A stretch of 64,000 bases of DNA from Clostridia bacterium (GCA_017937655.1 JAGBDE010000009.1:5944-69943), one strand, 5' to 3'. Counted from the first letter of the stretch, positions 11,811 through 21,087 are shown. Made by a program: numbers and translations. The notes: generated from the letters alone by a model not told the origin.

Positions 11811-12566
11811 ATGAACCGCAATCTGCACCCCATTCTGGAAAAACATCTATCCCGAGGCCGGGGCTGGCTGCTGCTTCTTCTGCTGATCGTGGCGGCAGGG
11901 ATGCTGCTGCCAGGCCAGTCGCCCCCTGCTGCGCCTGCGGAGTCGGCCGATACCGAGCTGCCTCTCAGCGGGTTTGTGGTGGCGCTGGATCCGGGCCACG
12001 GCGGCTACGACGGCGGCGCCCGGGCCCATGACAGCGGCCTGTGGGAAAAGGAACTGACGCTGAAAATCGCCTTGGTGGTGGAGGAGCATCTGACAAAGCG
12101 GGGCGCGACGGTGCTGCTGACCCGCCGGGAGGATATCTGCCTGGCGGAAGGCGACACCGCCACCAAGGCCCGGAAGCGGGCCGATCTGCAAAAGCGGGTG
12201 GACATGGCTCTGGAAGGCGGGGCGGACGTGTTTCTCAGCATCCACCTGAACGAGTACCGCAGCCGCAGCGAAAGCGGGCCCCAGGTGTTTTATCAGCAGG
12301 GCGGCGACGATGGCCGGCTGCTGGCGGGCGTGCTGCAAAGCCACATGATCCGGGTGCTGGAGCCCAAAAAGCAGCGCAGCGCCATGGCCGGGGACTACTA
12401 CGTGCTCCGCTCCCGGCTGCCCTCCGCACTGGTGGAATGCGGTTTTCTCAGCAACGCCGCGGAGGAAAAGCTGCTGCTCAGCCCGGAATATCATCAAAAG
12501 ATCGGCCAGGCCATCGGGGACGCGCTGGTGGAATACCGGCAGCTTACCGCAAGACAAACGCAATAA
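11811..12566 (+). CDS. cwlD: N-acetylmuramoyl-L-alanine amidase, CwlD-like (germination-specific type)
   Basis: N-terminal TM segment, then the Amidase_3 motifs LDPGHGGYDGGA, FLSIHLN and VECGFLSN. About 250 aa, as for CwlD. An RBS GGAGG precedes the ATG at 11811. Confidence 0.7.
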   Translation: MNRNLHPILEKHLSRGRGWLLLLLLIVAAGMLLPGQSPPAAPAESADTELPLSGFVVALDPGHGGYDGGARAHDSGLWEKELTLKIALVVEEHLTKRGATVLLTRREDICLAEGDTATKARKRADLQKRVDMALEGGADVFLSIHLNEYRSRSESGPQVFYQQGGDDGRLLAGVLQSHMIRVLEPKKQRSAMAGDYYVLRSRLPSALVECGFLSNAAEEKLLLSPEYHQKIGQAIGDALVEYRQLTARQTQ

Positions 12567-12580
12567 ATACAGCCCTTCCC

Positions 12581-12609
12581 TTGACAATCCACCCCCGCGC
12601 CGTTATGAT
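12581..12609 (+). promoter_or_regulatory. Candidate promoter TTGACA-17-TATGAT for the kinase-membrane-GNAT operon
   Basis: TTGACA at 12581..12586, a 17-nt spacer, and TATGAT at 12604..12609. A GC hairpin plus T-run follows (about 12616..12650) before the RBS. Confidence 0.5.
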
Positions 12610-12688
12610 AAAAAGCGTCGCCCCCGTACTGGCGAGGGCGCGTTTTTCTTTGCATTCCGTCACTTTTCAAATCAAAGGAGCTATCCCT

Positions 12689-13519
12689 ATGCAGCCCATT
12701 GAACTGGTTGTCAAAATTGGCAGCATGGCGCTGATCCAGAAATCGGACAACGCCATCGACTATAACGCCTTCCAGCGCCTGGCCTCCGCCCTTCGGCCGG
12801 GCATGATCCTCATCACCAGCGGCGCCACGGAAATCGGCCGGCTGGACTATATCCAGCGCAACGGCCAGGAGCTGACCGGCGAGGCCGAGCAGGTGAAGGT
12901 GGACTATTCCGCCCAGGGCCAGTCCATCCTGATGGACACCTACCGCCGCTTTGTTCACCCGGAGTACAGCCTGCGGCAGGTGCTGGTGGAGCACACCCAT
13001 TTCAACGACGCCCAGCGCCGGGAGCACATCCGTCAGATGCTGCTGCGGGCGGCCCAGCAGAACGCCATTCCTGTGGTCAACTACAACGACCCCGTCAGCG
13101 ACGAGGAAGTGCGCAAGATGGAGCTGGCCAGCCGCCGTGCCGAGGGCGCGGACGTGGTGGAGTGCGTGGACAACGACGAGACCGCCGAGGTGGTGGCCCA
13201 GCTGGTCAACGCCCGGAACCTCCTGCTGCTGACCAGCACCGAGGGCATCTACCTGAACAAGAACGACCCCTCCACTTTGGTGACCCAGCTGACCGCCACC
13301 AGCCGGAAAGAGATGCGGCAGAAGGTGGAAGAGCTGATGGGACACTGCGAGGGCGCCAGCCGGGCCGGGGCCAACGGCGCCAAGGCCAAGCTGGCCTATG
13401 CCCTGCGGGCGGTGGAAAACGGCACGAACGTGGTCATCGGCCACGCACGGCACCACATCGACGATCTGCTTTCCGGCCGGGTGCCCTGCACGCGGCTGAT
13501 TCTGGAGGAAAACCGCTGA
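12689..13519 (+). CDS. Amino-acid kinase family protein, divergent glutamate-5-kinase-like, no PUA domain
   Basis: VVKIGSMAL, ITSGATEIG and DNDETAEVVAQLVNARNLLLLTSTEGIY resemble ProB motifs. It has an insertion (DEEVRKMELASRRAEGADVVEC) and no proA neighbour. AAAGGAG precedes the ATG at 12689. The upstream part of track ORF 12041..13519 is an out-of-context extension over cwlD. Confidence 0.6.
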   Translation: MQPIELVVKIGSMALIQKSDNAIDYNAFQRLASALRPGMILITSGATEIGRLDYIQRNGQELTGEAEQVKVDYSAQGQSILMDTYRRFVHPEYSLRQVLVEHTHFNDAQRREHIRQMLLRAAQQNAIPVVNYNDPVSDEEVRKMELASRRAEGADVVECVDNDETAEVVAQLVNARNLLLLTSTEGIYLNKNDPSTLVTQLTATSRKEMRQKVEELMGHCEGASRAGANGAKAKLAYALRAVENGTNVVIGHARHHIDDLLSGRVPCTRLILEENR

Positions 13520-14019
13520 TGAACTGGCTTGGCCTTCTGTTCCTGCTTCCGCTGGGATTTGTGTACTATCTGTTTTTCTGGAAGGGCCGGGGCTATCGTC
13601 TCCTGCACAAGCCGGAGCAGCTGTATTCCAGCCCGGAACTGCGTTTCCGCTATTCCCCGGACGATCTTTCCGCCTACTTTGCCTCTATTGCCGACCAGGC
13701 TGCCCTCAGCCGCCTCTGGCGATGGAAGTACCTGGCCACCGCCGCTTTTCTCCTGGCCATGGTCTGCATCCCCTTCAACTTCGATATGCCAAACTGGCTG
13801 CGCATCGCCATGGTCATCGCCGCCGGACTGCGGACTCTTCTGGCCCTGTCGGAGACCGCCCTGCTCCTTCGTCAGCAGAAACAACACATGGCTCAGCAGC
13901 CCCTGACCGGCGCAAAGCTGTGCTCTGTGCTCACATCGGCCAAATGGTGCGTGACCGGGCTGTGGCTTTTGGGCCTGTTCGGCTTCCTGATGTTCAGGGC
14001 ATCCAAGATTGGAAAATAA
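13519..14019 (+). CDS. Hypothetical integral membrane protein
   Basis: MNWLGLLFLLPLGFVYYLFFW and about 4 predicted TM segments. The ATG overlaps the kinase stop (TGATG). Confidence 0.6.
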   Translation: MNWLGLLFLLPLGFVYYLFFWKGRGYRLLHKPEQLYSSPELRFRYSPDDLSAYFASIADQAALSRLWRWKYLATAAFLLAMVCIPFNFDMPNWLRIAMVIAAGLRTLLALSETALLLRQQKQHMAQQPLTGAKLCSVLTSAKWCVTGLWLLGLFGFLMFRASKIGK

Positions 14020-14020
14020 C

Positions 14021-14461
14021 ATGAACCGCATTGTTGATCCGGAAATTACTCTGGTGAAATACTATCCCAACTACCAGACCGCCCTCAAATGGTATCAGGA
14101 CCCCCAACTGTGCAAACAGGTGGACAACCGGGACACCGTGTACGATCTTCCCCTGCTCAAGCGCATGTACAAGTACCTGGATCAGCGGGGCGATCTTTTC
14201 TACATCAAGTACCGGGGCCGACTCTGCGGTGACGTGTGCCTGCAGCATAGTGGCGAAGTCAATATCGTGATCGCCATGCCCTATCAGAACCGGCACATTG
14301 GCAGGCGGGTTCTGGGGGAGGTCATCCGCCTGGCCCGGGAAAAGCAGCTGAACCAGCTTCATGCGGAAATCTACTCCTTCAATGCTCAATCCCGGAAGAT
14401 GTTTACCGCCATGGGCTTCCAAAAAACTGGGGAAGAAACCTTTATCCTGAATCTGTCATAA
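14021..14461 (+). CDS. GNAT family N-acetyltransferase
   Basis: The QNRHIGRRVLGEVIRLA motif-A region (Q/RxxGxG/A) and C-terminal MFTAMGF. The ATG is 1 nt after the upstream stop. An alternative TTG lies at 14009. Confidence 0.75.
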   Translation: MNRIVDPEITLVKYYPNYQTALKWYQDPQLCKQVDNRDTVYDLPLLKRMYKYLDQRGDLFYIKYRGRLCGDVCLQHSGEVNIVIAMPYQNRHIGRRVLGEVIRLAREKQLNQLHAEIYSFNAQSRKMFTAMGFQKTGEETFILNLS

Positions 14462-14468
14462 CGCAAAG

Positions 14469-14500
14469 CAGCCCGGACATTTGCATGTCCGGGCTGCCGT
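14469..14500. terminator. Bidirectional terminator between convergent genes
   Basis: CAGCCCGGACAT-TTGC-ATGTCCGGGCTG is a perfect 12-bp stem with T-runs on both strands. Confidence 0.7.
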
Positions 14501-14502
14501 TT

Positions 14503-15150
14503 TTATGCCTCTAAACCAAAGTGACGCGCCACTTTTCTAACGGTGTCCTCCACGGTGGAGTCTTTCGTTCTTTCCATCCAGAAATACTGGCTGGCCTTGA
14601 TGGCTGCATAGTGGTTCTCGTTGAGGCTTCTCAGGGTTTGGTTGCAGGTCGCCTTGGCCTTCTCCACGTCGGATGCGCTGTTGATAAAGGCGTTGAAGTC
14701 CTGATGGTCGGGGCGGTTGCAGTAATCGTCAATGATGTTGGACGGCTCCCTGATCATAAAGGCGATCCGGGAGGGATCCGTAAAGCTCCGGGCCTGCTCC
14801 AGGGTCAGATGGCAGTCGCAGATCACCTTTTGATCCTGGGAAAGCCGGATCAGATCCAGCAGCACAAATTCCAGCTGCTCTCTGGTGTTGTCCAGCAGCC
14901 ATTGCCGATATTCCTCCACCGTGCGGCCAAAAAACGCATCGGCGTCCGGGAGGGATTTGTTCATTGCCGGCTGAAACGCCGCGTTGGACATGCTTTGATG
15001 CCCATCGAAATGCTGATCCACATCATACACCGGCAAATGGTTCCGCCGGGCCAGTTCCCGGGAGATGGTCGTCTTTCCGCCACAGGCGGTTCCTGCTACA
15101 AAATACACGTTTTTCAGGTATTCCTTGAGTACGTTTTCTTGAAATATCAT
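14503..15150 (-). CDS. P-loop NTPase / putative kinase (AAA-like, unknown substrate)
   Basis: Walker A is VAGTACGGKTT. 215 aa. Somewhat lower GC than its neighbours. Confidence 0.5.
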   Translation of the reverse strand: MIFQENVLKEYLKNVYFVAGTACGGKTTISRELARRNHLPVYDVDQHFDGHQSMSNAAFQPAMNKSLPDADAFFGRTVEEYRQWLLDNTREQLEFVLLDLIRLSQDQKVICDCHLTLEQARSFTDPSRIAFMIREPSNIIDDYCNRPDHQDFNAFINSASDVEKAKATCNQTLRSLNENHYAAIKASQYFWMERTKDSTVEDTVRKVARHFGLEA

Positions 15151-15269
15151 GAGATTTTCTCCTTATATTAAATAGTTTTTGCCGTGCATCAAACTATTTA
15201 ACACAGTTTCATGCACTCAGATATTCCAGCTGCGCAGTCTCATCACCATGGATTTGTCCTCCTATTTTC

Positions 15270-16223
15270 TTATTCTTTTTCTCTCCGGGCCACTTCGGCG
15301 CTGAAGCGCTGCAGCACCTGCTCGCTGGGCTTTCCATAGGTGCAGTAGCCGTTGTTTTCCATGGCCTTCTCCCGGGGATACAGCCACATGGCGCTCCAGT
15401 CCCACCAGCCGTTGCCCCGCACCCAGGGGTTTTTCAGCATGCACTGGCAGAAGGCGTCAAACCACAGCCGCTGGGCCTCCTGAGAAAGCTCGCCGCCAAA
15501 GTTCCAGTTGTTGGGCACGTACTGGCTGCCGTTCCGGCTGGGGCAGCCGCATTCCATGAACATAAAGGGCCGCTCAAACTTCTCCGCCACAGCCTGGATG
15601 CGGGCAAAATGCTGATCCAGCTGGTCAATGGGATAATAGCCGGAGGAGGAGATCACGTCCACCGCGTCCCACCAGGTGACGTGGTCTTCCTGGAACTTGT
15701 CGCAGTTGTAGGTGATGGGCCCGGTGTAATGCTTCCGCACTTCCTGAATCAGGGCCCGCCATTCGTCGGCCCGGTGATCCGTGCCCACCATCTCGCAGCC
15801 GATGCAGTACAGCTCAGCGTTCACCTTCTGGGCGGTTTTGGCCAGGGCGGCGGTGAAGGCGGAGTAGCTCTCGAACCACTCGGCCCAGGTGGGCTCGGTG
15901 GGGACGTAGTTGTCAAAGAAGCGGATATAGGCCCGCCAATAGCCGTCCCGGCAGTTGACCATGGCCTTGATGATGATCTTCAGCCCCTTCTGGCGGGCAT
16001 AGGCACAGACGGTCTCCACGTCCTCCATGCTCATCACGTCGTCCGCCTCATACTCCACCACGGTGGAGAAGGCGTGATCCTGCTTGGCCATCACGGGCAG
16101 CAGCAGGGTATCGCAGCCGGAGGACAGGATCATCTCGTCCAGGGAATGCTTCCAGGCGTCGCTTTTCTTGGTGAAATCCCGGTGCGTTCCTGCACCCCAG
16201 GTGTAGGCGTTCAAATACTGCAT
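15270..16223 (-). CDS. Putative glycoside hydrolase (TIM-barrel, clan GH-A-like; family not assignable by eye)
   Basis: 317 aa and cytoplasmic. Two candidate catalytic Glu contexts (CIGCEMVG and FMFMECGCP) and Trp-rich sugar-binding-like segments. Confidence 0.45.
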   Translation of the reverse strand: MQYLNAYTWGAGTHRDFTKKSDAWKHSLDEMILSSGCDTLLLPVMAKQDHAFSTVVEYEADDVMSMEDVETVCAYARQKGLKIIIKAMVNCRDGYWRAYIRFFDNYVPTEPTWAEWFESYSAFTAALAKTAQKVNAELYCIGCEMVGTDHRADEWRALIQEVRKHYTGPITYNCDKFQEDHVTWWDAVDVISSSGYYPIDQLDQHFARIQAVAEKFERPFMFMECGCPSRNGSQYVPNNWNFGGELSQEAQRLWFDAFCQCMLKNPWVRGNGWWDWSAMWLYPREKAMENNGYCTYGKPSEQVLQRFSAEVARREKE

Positions 16224-16241
16224 CTTGTTTCCTCCGTATGG

Positions 16242-16928
16242 TTATTCCGTGAGCCGCACCTCCACCGGCGCGTTGACCAGCATGGTTTCCGGGGTGATAT
16301 GGCAATCAAAGGCCAGCACGTGCACACCGGCCCGGGCGGCCTCGGCAAGCGCATCCGCGAAGGCCGCGTGGGTGGCCCGGTTGGGGGCAAAATACTTGAC
16401 CCCGTCCATCTGGATGACGAACACCGCATAGGCCTCGTAGCCCTCCTGAACGCAGCGCATCAGCCCGTGCAGGTGCTTGATGCCCCGCTCCGTGGGCGCG
16501 TCGGGGAAGCGCACCGCACCGTCCGTTTCCAGGGTGACGCCCTTTACTTCCACAAAAGCCTTCCGTTCTCCTGCTTCCAGGTAAAAATCGAACCGGGAGT
16601 CCCCGTGGGTGCATTCCCGCCGGACGACGTCCCACGCTCCCCCAAAATGCCCGGCCCGGACAAACTCCTCAAAGGCCTGATTGGGAGCCACCGCGTCCAT
16701 GTTGATGATCCTTTCCCCCTTGCGCACGGAGATCAGATCCCAGGCGGTTTTGCGATTCTCACCGGGCATGTGCTGGAGCCAGACGTCGGTGCCGGGCACA
16801 AGCAGTTCCTTGCAGCGGCCCGTATTCTTCACATGGGCGACCACCTCCTGCCCGTCCAGCAGGCAATGCGCCACAAAGCGGTTGGGGCGACTGAGGAAGG
16901 TGGCCCGATGCATCTTTTCGTACTTCAT
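16242..16928 (-). CDS. sfsA: Sugar fermentation stimulation protein SfsA
   Basis: FLSRPNRFVAHCLLDGQEVVAHVKNTGRCKELL is the canonical SfsA N-terminus. 228 aa. Confidence 0.9.
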   Translation of the reverse strand: MKYEKMHRATFLSRPNRFVAHCLLDGQEVVAHVKNTGRCKELLVPGTDVWLQHMPGENRKTAWDLISVRKGERIINMDAVAPNQAFEEFVRAGHFGGAWDVVRRECTHGDSRFDFYLEAGERKAFVEVKGVTLETDGAVRFPDAPTERGIKHLHGLMRCVQEGYEAYAVFVIQMDGVKYFAPNRATHAAFADALAEAARAGVHVLAFDCHITPETMLVNAPVEVRLTE

Positions 16929-17323
16929 TGGGGCTGGTCCTCATGCTGGACGGTTTTCCCCTGAAGGAACGCCTCCCGCTCCGCGCAAAGCTCCTGATGC
17001 AGCCGGACGGAGTTCCACTCCGCGTTGGTATCGGTCAGGATGGCCTTGAGCTGCACCGGCGGCAGCTTCATTTTCCGGAAGGCCTGCAAAAACAGGCTCA
17101 CCAGCCCGTCCGGGAAGCCGGCCATCACCAGCATTTCCTCCGCCACCTGTCCCTCCGGGGCGATGTCCTCCCCCGCCTCCGTAAGGCCGCAGAGCGCCGC
17201 CAGCGGCTGCCGATATTCCATTTCATCCACGTTCCGCAGTTTGATGCCCAGGCCCATGGCGGCGAAGCGGATCTTGCGGCCCCGCTCGCCGGTCAAGTTG
17301 TAGCAAAGCAAGGTAGGTTTCAT
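16925..17323 (-). CDS. DUF3783-like small protein
   Basis: MKPTLLCYNLTGERGRKIRFAAMGLGIKLR. The ATG at 17323 has AGGAGGA upstream. The longer track ORF extends into the repeat region. ATGA overlap with sfsA. Confidence 0.6.
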   Translation of the reverse strand: MKPTLLCYNLTGERGRKIRFAAMGLGIKLRNVDEMEYRQPLAALCGLTEAGEDIAPEGQVAEEMLVMAGFPDGLVSLFLQAFRKMKLPPVQLKAILTDTNAEWNSVRLHQELCAEREAFLQGKTVQHEDQPQ

Positions 17324-17401
17324 GCGTTTATCCTCCTGGCAAATCAATGTTCTATTAGTATAGCCGGAACTGCTTCCAGCCGTCAACGGAAATATACACA
17401 C

Positions 17402-17430
17402 AAAAAAGCCCCCTGAAACAGAGGGCTTTT
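17402..17430 (-). terminator. Rho-independent terminator ending the pheST transcript
   Basis: Minus strand reads AAGCCCTCTGTTTCAGGGGGCTTTTTTG. Confidence 0.6.
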
Positions 17431-17432
17431 GC

Positions 17433-17615
17433 GGAGGCGCAGGAGGCACTGCCTCCTGCCGGGGCTTGGGGCAGCGCCCCAAAATCTCTGCAACTGTCGC
17501 CCAGCCTGCGCCTTCGGCTGGCTGGGCTTTGGGGTTTGCGCTGCGGCGCAGGAGAGGGGGCTCCGCGCCCCCTGACCCAGCGCCAAAGGGCCGTGGGCCC
17601 TTTGGAATCCCTTCT
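17433..17615. repeat. GC-rich multi-hairpin array in the pheST 3' UTR (copy 1 of a modular repeat family)
   Basis: At least 6 consecutive short hairpins: GGAGGCACTGCCTCC, TTGGGGCAGCGCCCCAA, CCAGCC..GGCTGG, TGCGCTGCGGCGCA, GGGGGCTCCGCGCCCCC, AAAGGGCCGTGGGCCCTTT and AATCCCTTCTTGGGATT. The 29-mer CTGCCGGGGCTTGGGGCAGCGCCCCAAAA (17456..17484) is identical to 35660..35688. Confidence 0.8.
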
Positions 17616-17620
17616 TGGGA

Positions 17621-20011
17621 TTAGCCGCGGATGACGGCGTTGAATTTCTCTGCGCAGGTCTTCTGCACCTTATCCATGGCCTTGGTTATTTCCTCATCGG
17701 TGAGGGTACGGTCGGAGGCGCGGAAGGTCAGGGAGAAGGCCACGCTCTTCTTGCCCTCGCCCACCTGCACGCCGCGGTACACGTCGAACATCTCAATAGA
17801 CTCCAGCAGGTTGCCAGCAGCCTTACGCATGGCGGCCATCAGCGGGCCAACGTTCACGCTGTCGTCCATCACCAGAGCCAGGTCACGGGTCATGGCGGGG
17901 AAACGGGGCAGGGGCTTCATCTCGCCCATGGGCTTTCCCATCTCCAGAAGCTGCTGCAGGTTGATCTCGGCAATCACGGCACGGCGGGGCATATCGAAAT
18001 TCTCGCGGACGGCGGGATGCACCTCGCCGATGACAGCAAACACGTCGCGGCCCCGGATCAGCTTGGCGCAACGGCCGGGATGGTGATACTTCTCGCCGCC
18101 GGCTTCCACTTCGCACTGGATGCCATAGGCACGCAGCAGGGCTTCCGCAGCGGTGCGCACGGTGAAGAAGTCCACATCGTCGCCGTAGCAGCCCAGGCAC
18201 AGGGTCTGGGTCTCGGTGGGCAGGCCTTCCTCCGTCAGGTGATGGTGATCAAACACAGCGGCCATCTCGTAGAGGTTGGCGGCCTCGGTAGCGTGGTTCA
18301 TGTTGTAGCTGAGGGTCTTGAGCATGCTGCTGACCAGCGTGGGACGCATCACGGCGGTGTCCTCGCCCAGGGGGTTGCGGATGGCCATGGGATCCAGGCG
18401 GGCGTCGCCCTCCTCCAGGTTCAGCTTGGCAATTTCCTTCACGCCGATGAAGCTGAAGTTCATGATCTCCAGGTAGCCCAGGCCCTGCAGGATCTTGGCC
18501 AGGCGGTTCTTCATGGCCTTCATGGGGCTGACGCCGCCCTGGGTGGTCAGGCCGTGGAGGGGCGTTGCGCCGATGTGATCATAGCCATACATGCGCAGGC
18601 ATTCCTCGCAGATATCGGCCTCGCCGTCCAAGTCCTCGCGGAAAGCGGGCACCTTCACGGTGAGGGTATCGCCGTCCAGGGTCACGTCGAAGAACAGCTT
18701 CTTCAGGATGGACACCATGTCCTCCGCAGGAATCTCCACGCCGGCACGGATCTGAATCCGCTTCACGCTGGCGGTGATGACCTGCTGGGGCTTGGGATCG
18801 GGGTAGATGTCGATGCAGCCGGAAACCACGTCGCCGGCATCCAGCTCATTGACCAGGTGGCAGGCCCGGTTCAGGGCGTCCATGATCACAGCGGGGCAGA
18901 CGCCGCGCTCGAAACGGCCGCTGGCGTCGGTGCGCATGCCCAGGGCGCGGCTGGTGAGGCGGATGGCGGTGCGGTCGAAAGCGGCGCACTCGAACATGAC
19001 CTCGGTGGTGCCTTCCACAATCTCGCTTTCCTCGCCGCCCATGATGCCGGCCAGGCCGGTGGCAACGCTCTCGTCGCAGATGCACAGGTCGCTGGTGCGC
19101 AGGATGCGCTCTTCGCCGTCCAGGGTGGTCAGCTTCTCGCCCTCGTGGGCCCGGCGGACGATGATCTTCCGGCCGCGGACCTTGCTCAGGTCAAAGGCGT
19201 GCATGGGGCAGCCGTATTCCAGCATGATGTAGTTGGTGATGTCAACAATGTTGTTGATGGAGCGCAGACCGGCGGCATGCAGGTACCTGCGCAGCCACAT
19301 GGGAGAAGGGGCGACCCGCACGTTCTTGATGACGCGGGCGGTGTAACGGCGGCACAGGTCGGTGTCTTCCACGGTGACGCTGACTTCGTTGTGGATGTCG
19401 CCGCCCATCTCCTTCACGGAAGTATCGGGGGCCTTGAAGGTGGTGCCCAGAGCGGCGGCGGTCTCCCGGGCGATGCCCAGGGCGCTCAGGCAATCGGGCC
19501 GGTTGGCCAGGATCTCAAAATCCACCACATGGTCGTCAATGCCCAGGATGGGCTTCACATCGGCGCCCAGAGGATATTCCTCGTTGAAGATCAGCAGGCC
19601 TTCGTCGCCCACGCTGGGGTACAGCTCCACGGGAACCTTCAGTTCCGTGGCGGCGCACAGCATGCCCTCGCTGACCATGCCGCGCAGCTTGCCCTTCTTG
19701 ATCTTGATGCCGCCGGGCAGCTTTGCGCCGTCCAGGGCCACAGGCACCAGCACGCCAGCCTTCACGTTGGGCGCGCCGCAAACGATGTGCAGGGGCTCCT
19801 CGCCGCCCACATCCACGGTGCACTGATGCAGATGGGTATCCGGCACGTCCTCGCAGGTGAGCACCCGGCCCACAACCACCTTCTCAACGCCGCCGGAAAC
19901 GTCCTCCACGCCTTCCACGGCGGTGCCGGACATGATCATTTTGCTTTCGTATTCCTTGGGGCTCACGGGAATATCCGCATACTCCCGAATCATATTCATA
20001 CCCAGTTTCAT
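17621..20011 (-). CDS. pheT: Phenylalanine--tRNA ligase beta subunit
   Basis: 796 aa with the tRNA-binding, B3/B4, B5 and FDX-ACB domain order. It follows pheS after a 14-nt gap. Confidence 0.95.
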   Translation of the reverse strand: MKLGMNMIREYADIPVSPKEYESKMIMSGTAVEGVEDVSGGVEKVVVGRVLTCEDVPDTHLHQCTVDVGGEEPLHIVCGAPNVKAGVLVPVALDGAKLPGGIKIKKGKLRGMVSEGMLCAATELKVPVELYPSVGDEGLLIFNEEYPLGADVKPILGIDDHVVDFEILANRPDCLSALGIARETAAALGTTFKAPDTSVKEMGGDIHNEVSVTVEDTDLCRRYTARVIKNVRVAPSPMWLRRYLHAAGLRSINNIVDITNYIMLEYGCPMHAFDLSKVRGRKIIVRRAHEGEKLTTLDGEERILRTSDLCICDESVATGLAGIMGGEESEIVEGTTEVMFECAAFDRTAIRLTSRALGMRTDASGRFERGVCPAVIMDALNRACHLVNELDAGDVVSGCIDIYPDPKPQQVITASVKRIQIRAGVEIPAEDMVSILKKLFFDVTLDGDTLTVKVPAFREDLDGEADICEECLRMYGYDHIGATPLHGLTTQGGVSPMKAMKNRLAKILQGLGYLEIMNFSFIGVKEIAKLNLEEGDARLDPMAIRNPLGEDTAVMRPTLVSSMLKTLSYNMNHATEAANLYEMAAVFDHHHLTEEGLPTETQTLCLGCYGDDVDFFTVRTAAEALLRAYGIQCEVEAGGEKYHHPGRCAKLIRGRDVFAVIGEVHPAVRENFDMPRRAVIAEINLQQLLEMGKPMGEMKPLPRFPAMTRDLALVMDDSVNVGPLMAAMRKAAGNLLESIEMFDVYRGVQVGEGKKSVAFSLTFRASDRTLTDEEITKAMDKVQKTCAEKFNAVIRG

Positions 20012-20025
20012 GGTCTATTCCCTCC

Positions 20026-21054
20026 TTATCTCAGCTGGCCCAGCAGACGGGCGTCGCCTTCGTAGAGCATGCGCAGGTCGGTGATGCCGAAGCGCTTCAT
20101 GGCGATACGCTCCAGGCCGATGCCGAAGGCAAAGCCGGAGTACTTGGTGGAGTCAATGCCGCACATTTCCAGAACCTTGGGGTTCACCATGCCGCAGCCC
20201 AGAACCTCCACCCAGCCGGTATCCTTGCAGATGCGGCAGCCCTTGCCGTGGCAGGCGGTGCAGGTCAGGTCCACCTCGGCGCTGGGCTCCGTGAAGGGGA
20301 AGAAGCTGGGACGGAAACGGGTGGATACGTCGTTGCCGTAGAGCTTCTTGGCAAAAGCTTCCAGGGTGCCGCGCAGGTCGGACATGCTCATGTTTTCGTC
20401 CACCACCAGGCCCTCCATCTGATGGAACACAGGGCTGTGGGTGGCGTCCAGTTCGTCGGCGCGGTACACGCGGCCGGGGCAGATGATGCGGATGGGAGGC
20501 TTGCGGCTCAGCATGGCGCGGGCCTGCATGGGGCTGGTGTGGGTGCGGAGCACGATGTTATCGTCCATGTAGAAGGTATCCTGGGCGTCACGGGCAGGAT
20601 GGTTCTTGGGCAGGTTCATCAGCTCAAAATTGTAGTGATCCAGCTCCACCTCGGGGCCCTCCATGACCTCGAAGCCCATGCCGGAGAAGCACTCGATCAG
20701 CTCGTCCATGACCAGAGTGATGGGATGGGTGCTGCCAACCTTGGGCAGCTTCCGGGGTTCGGTCACGTCGATGGCTTCCGCCTTCATGGCAGCTTCCCGC
20801 TCGGCGGCGCGGAGCTCGGCCTGCTTCTCGTCCATCTTGCCGGTGAGCCACTGGCGCACCTCGTTGATCTCAGCGCCCACCTTGGGACGCTCTTCGGGGG
20901 CCAGCTTGCCCATACCCTTGAGCAGCTCGGTCAAAGTGCCCTTCTTGCCCAGCACCTTGACGCGCAGGGCTTCCAGCCCGGCGGTGTCCTGCAGCCCGGC
21001 GAGGGTGGATTCCACTTCCTCCCGCAGCTGACGGAGCGTATCAGTAATCGCCAT
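20026..21054 (-). CDS. pheS: Phenylalanine--tRNA ligase alpha subunit
   Basis: 342 aa with class II aaRS motifs (HPARDAQDTFY, RTHTSPMQ, FGIGLERIAM). Confidence 0.95.
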   Translation of the reverse strand: MAITDTLRQLREEVESTLAGLQDTAGLEALRVKVLGKKGTLTELLKGMGKLAPEERPKVGAEINEVRQWLTGKMDEKQAELRAAEREAAMKAEAIDVTEPRKLPKVGSTHPITLVMDELIECFSGMGFEVMEGPEVELDHYNFELMNLPKNHPARDAQDTFYMDDNIVLRTHTSPMQARAMLSRKPPIRIICPGRVYRADELDATHSPVFHQMEGLVVDENMSMSDLRGTLEAFAKKLYGNDVSTRFRPSFFPFTEPSAEVDLTCTACHGKGCRICKDTGWVEVLGCGMVNPKVLEMCGIDSTKYSGFAFGIGLERIAMKRFGITDLRMLYEGDARLLGQLR

Positions 21055-21087
21055 AGTTGTTTTCCTCCTTTATGTGTATCGCGTGTG

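Noticed and set aside
12041-14019. Long N-terminal extensions of track ORFs 12041..13519 and 13162..14019
   Set aside because: The extensions overlap cwlD and the kinase gene in other frames and are Arg/Gly/Pro-rich junk. Internal ATGs with an RBS (12689) or stop-start coupling (13519) give sensible proteins.
17383-17586. ORFs 17383..17586(-) and 35611..35844(-), which share the peptide RFWGAAPSPGR
   Set aside because: The shared peptide is the translation of the identical 29-nt repeat module. Both ORFs lie wholly inside hairpin arrays, lack an RBS and have junk composition.
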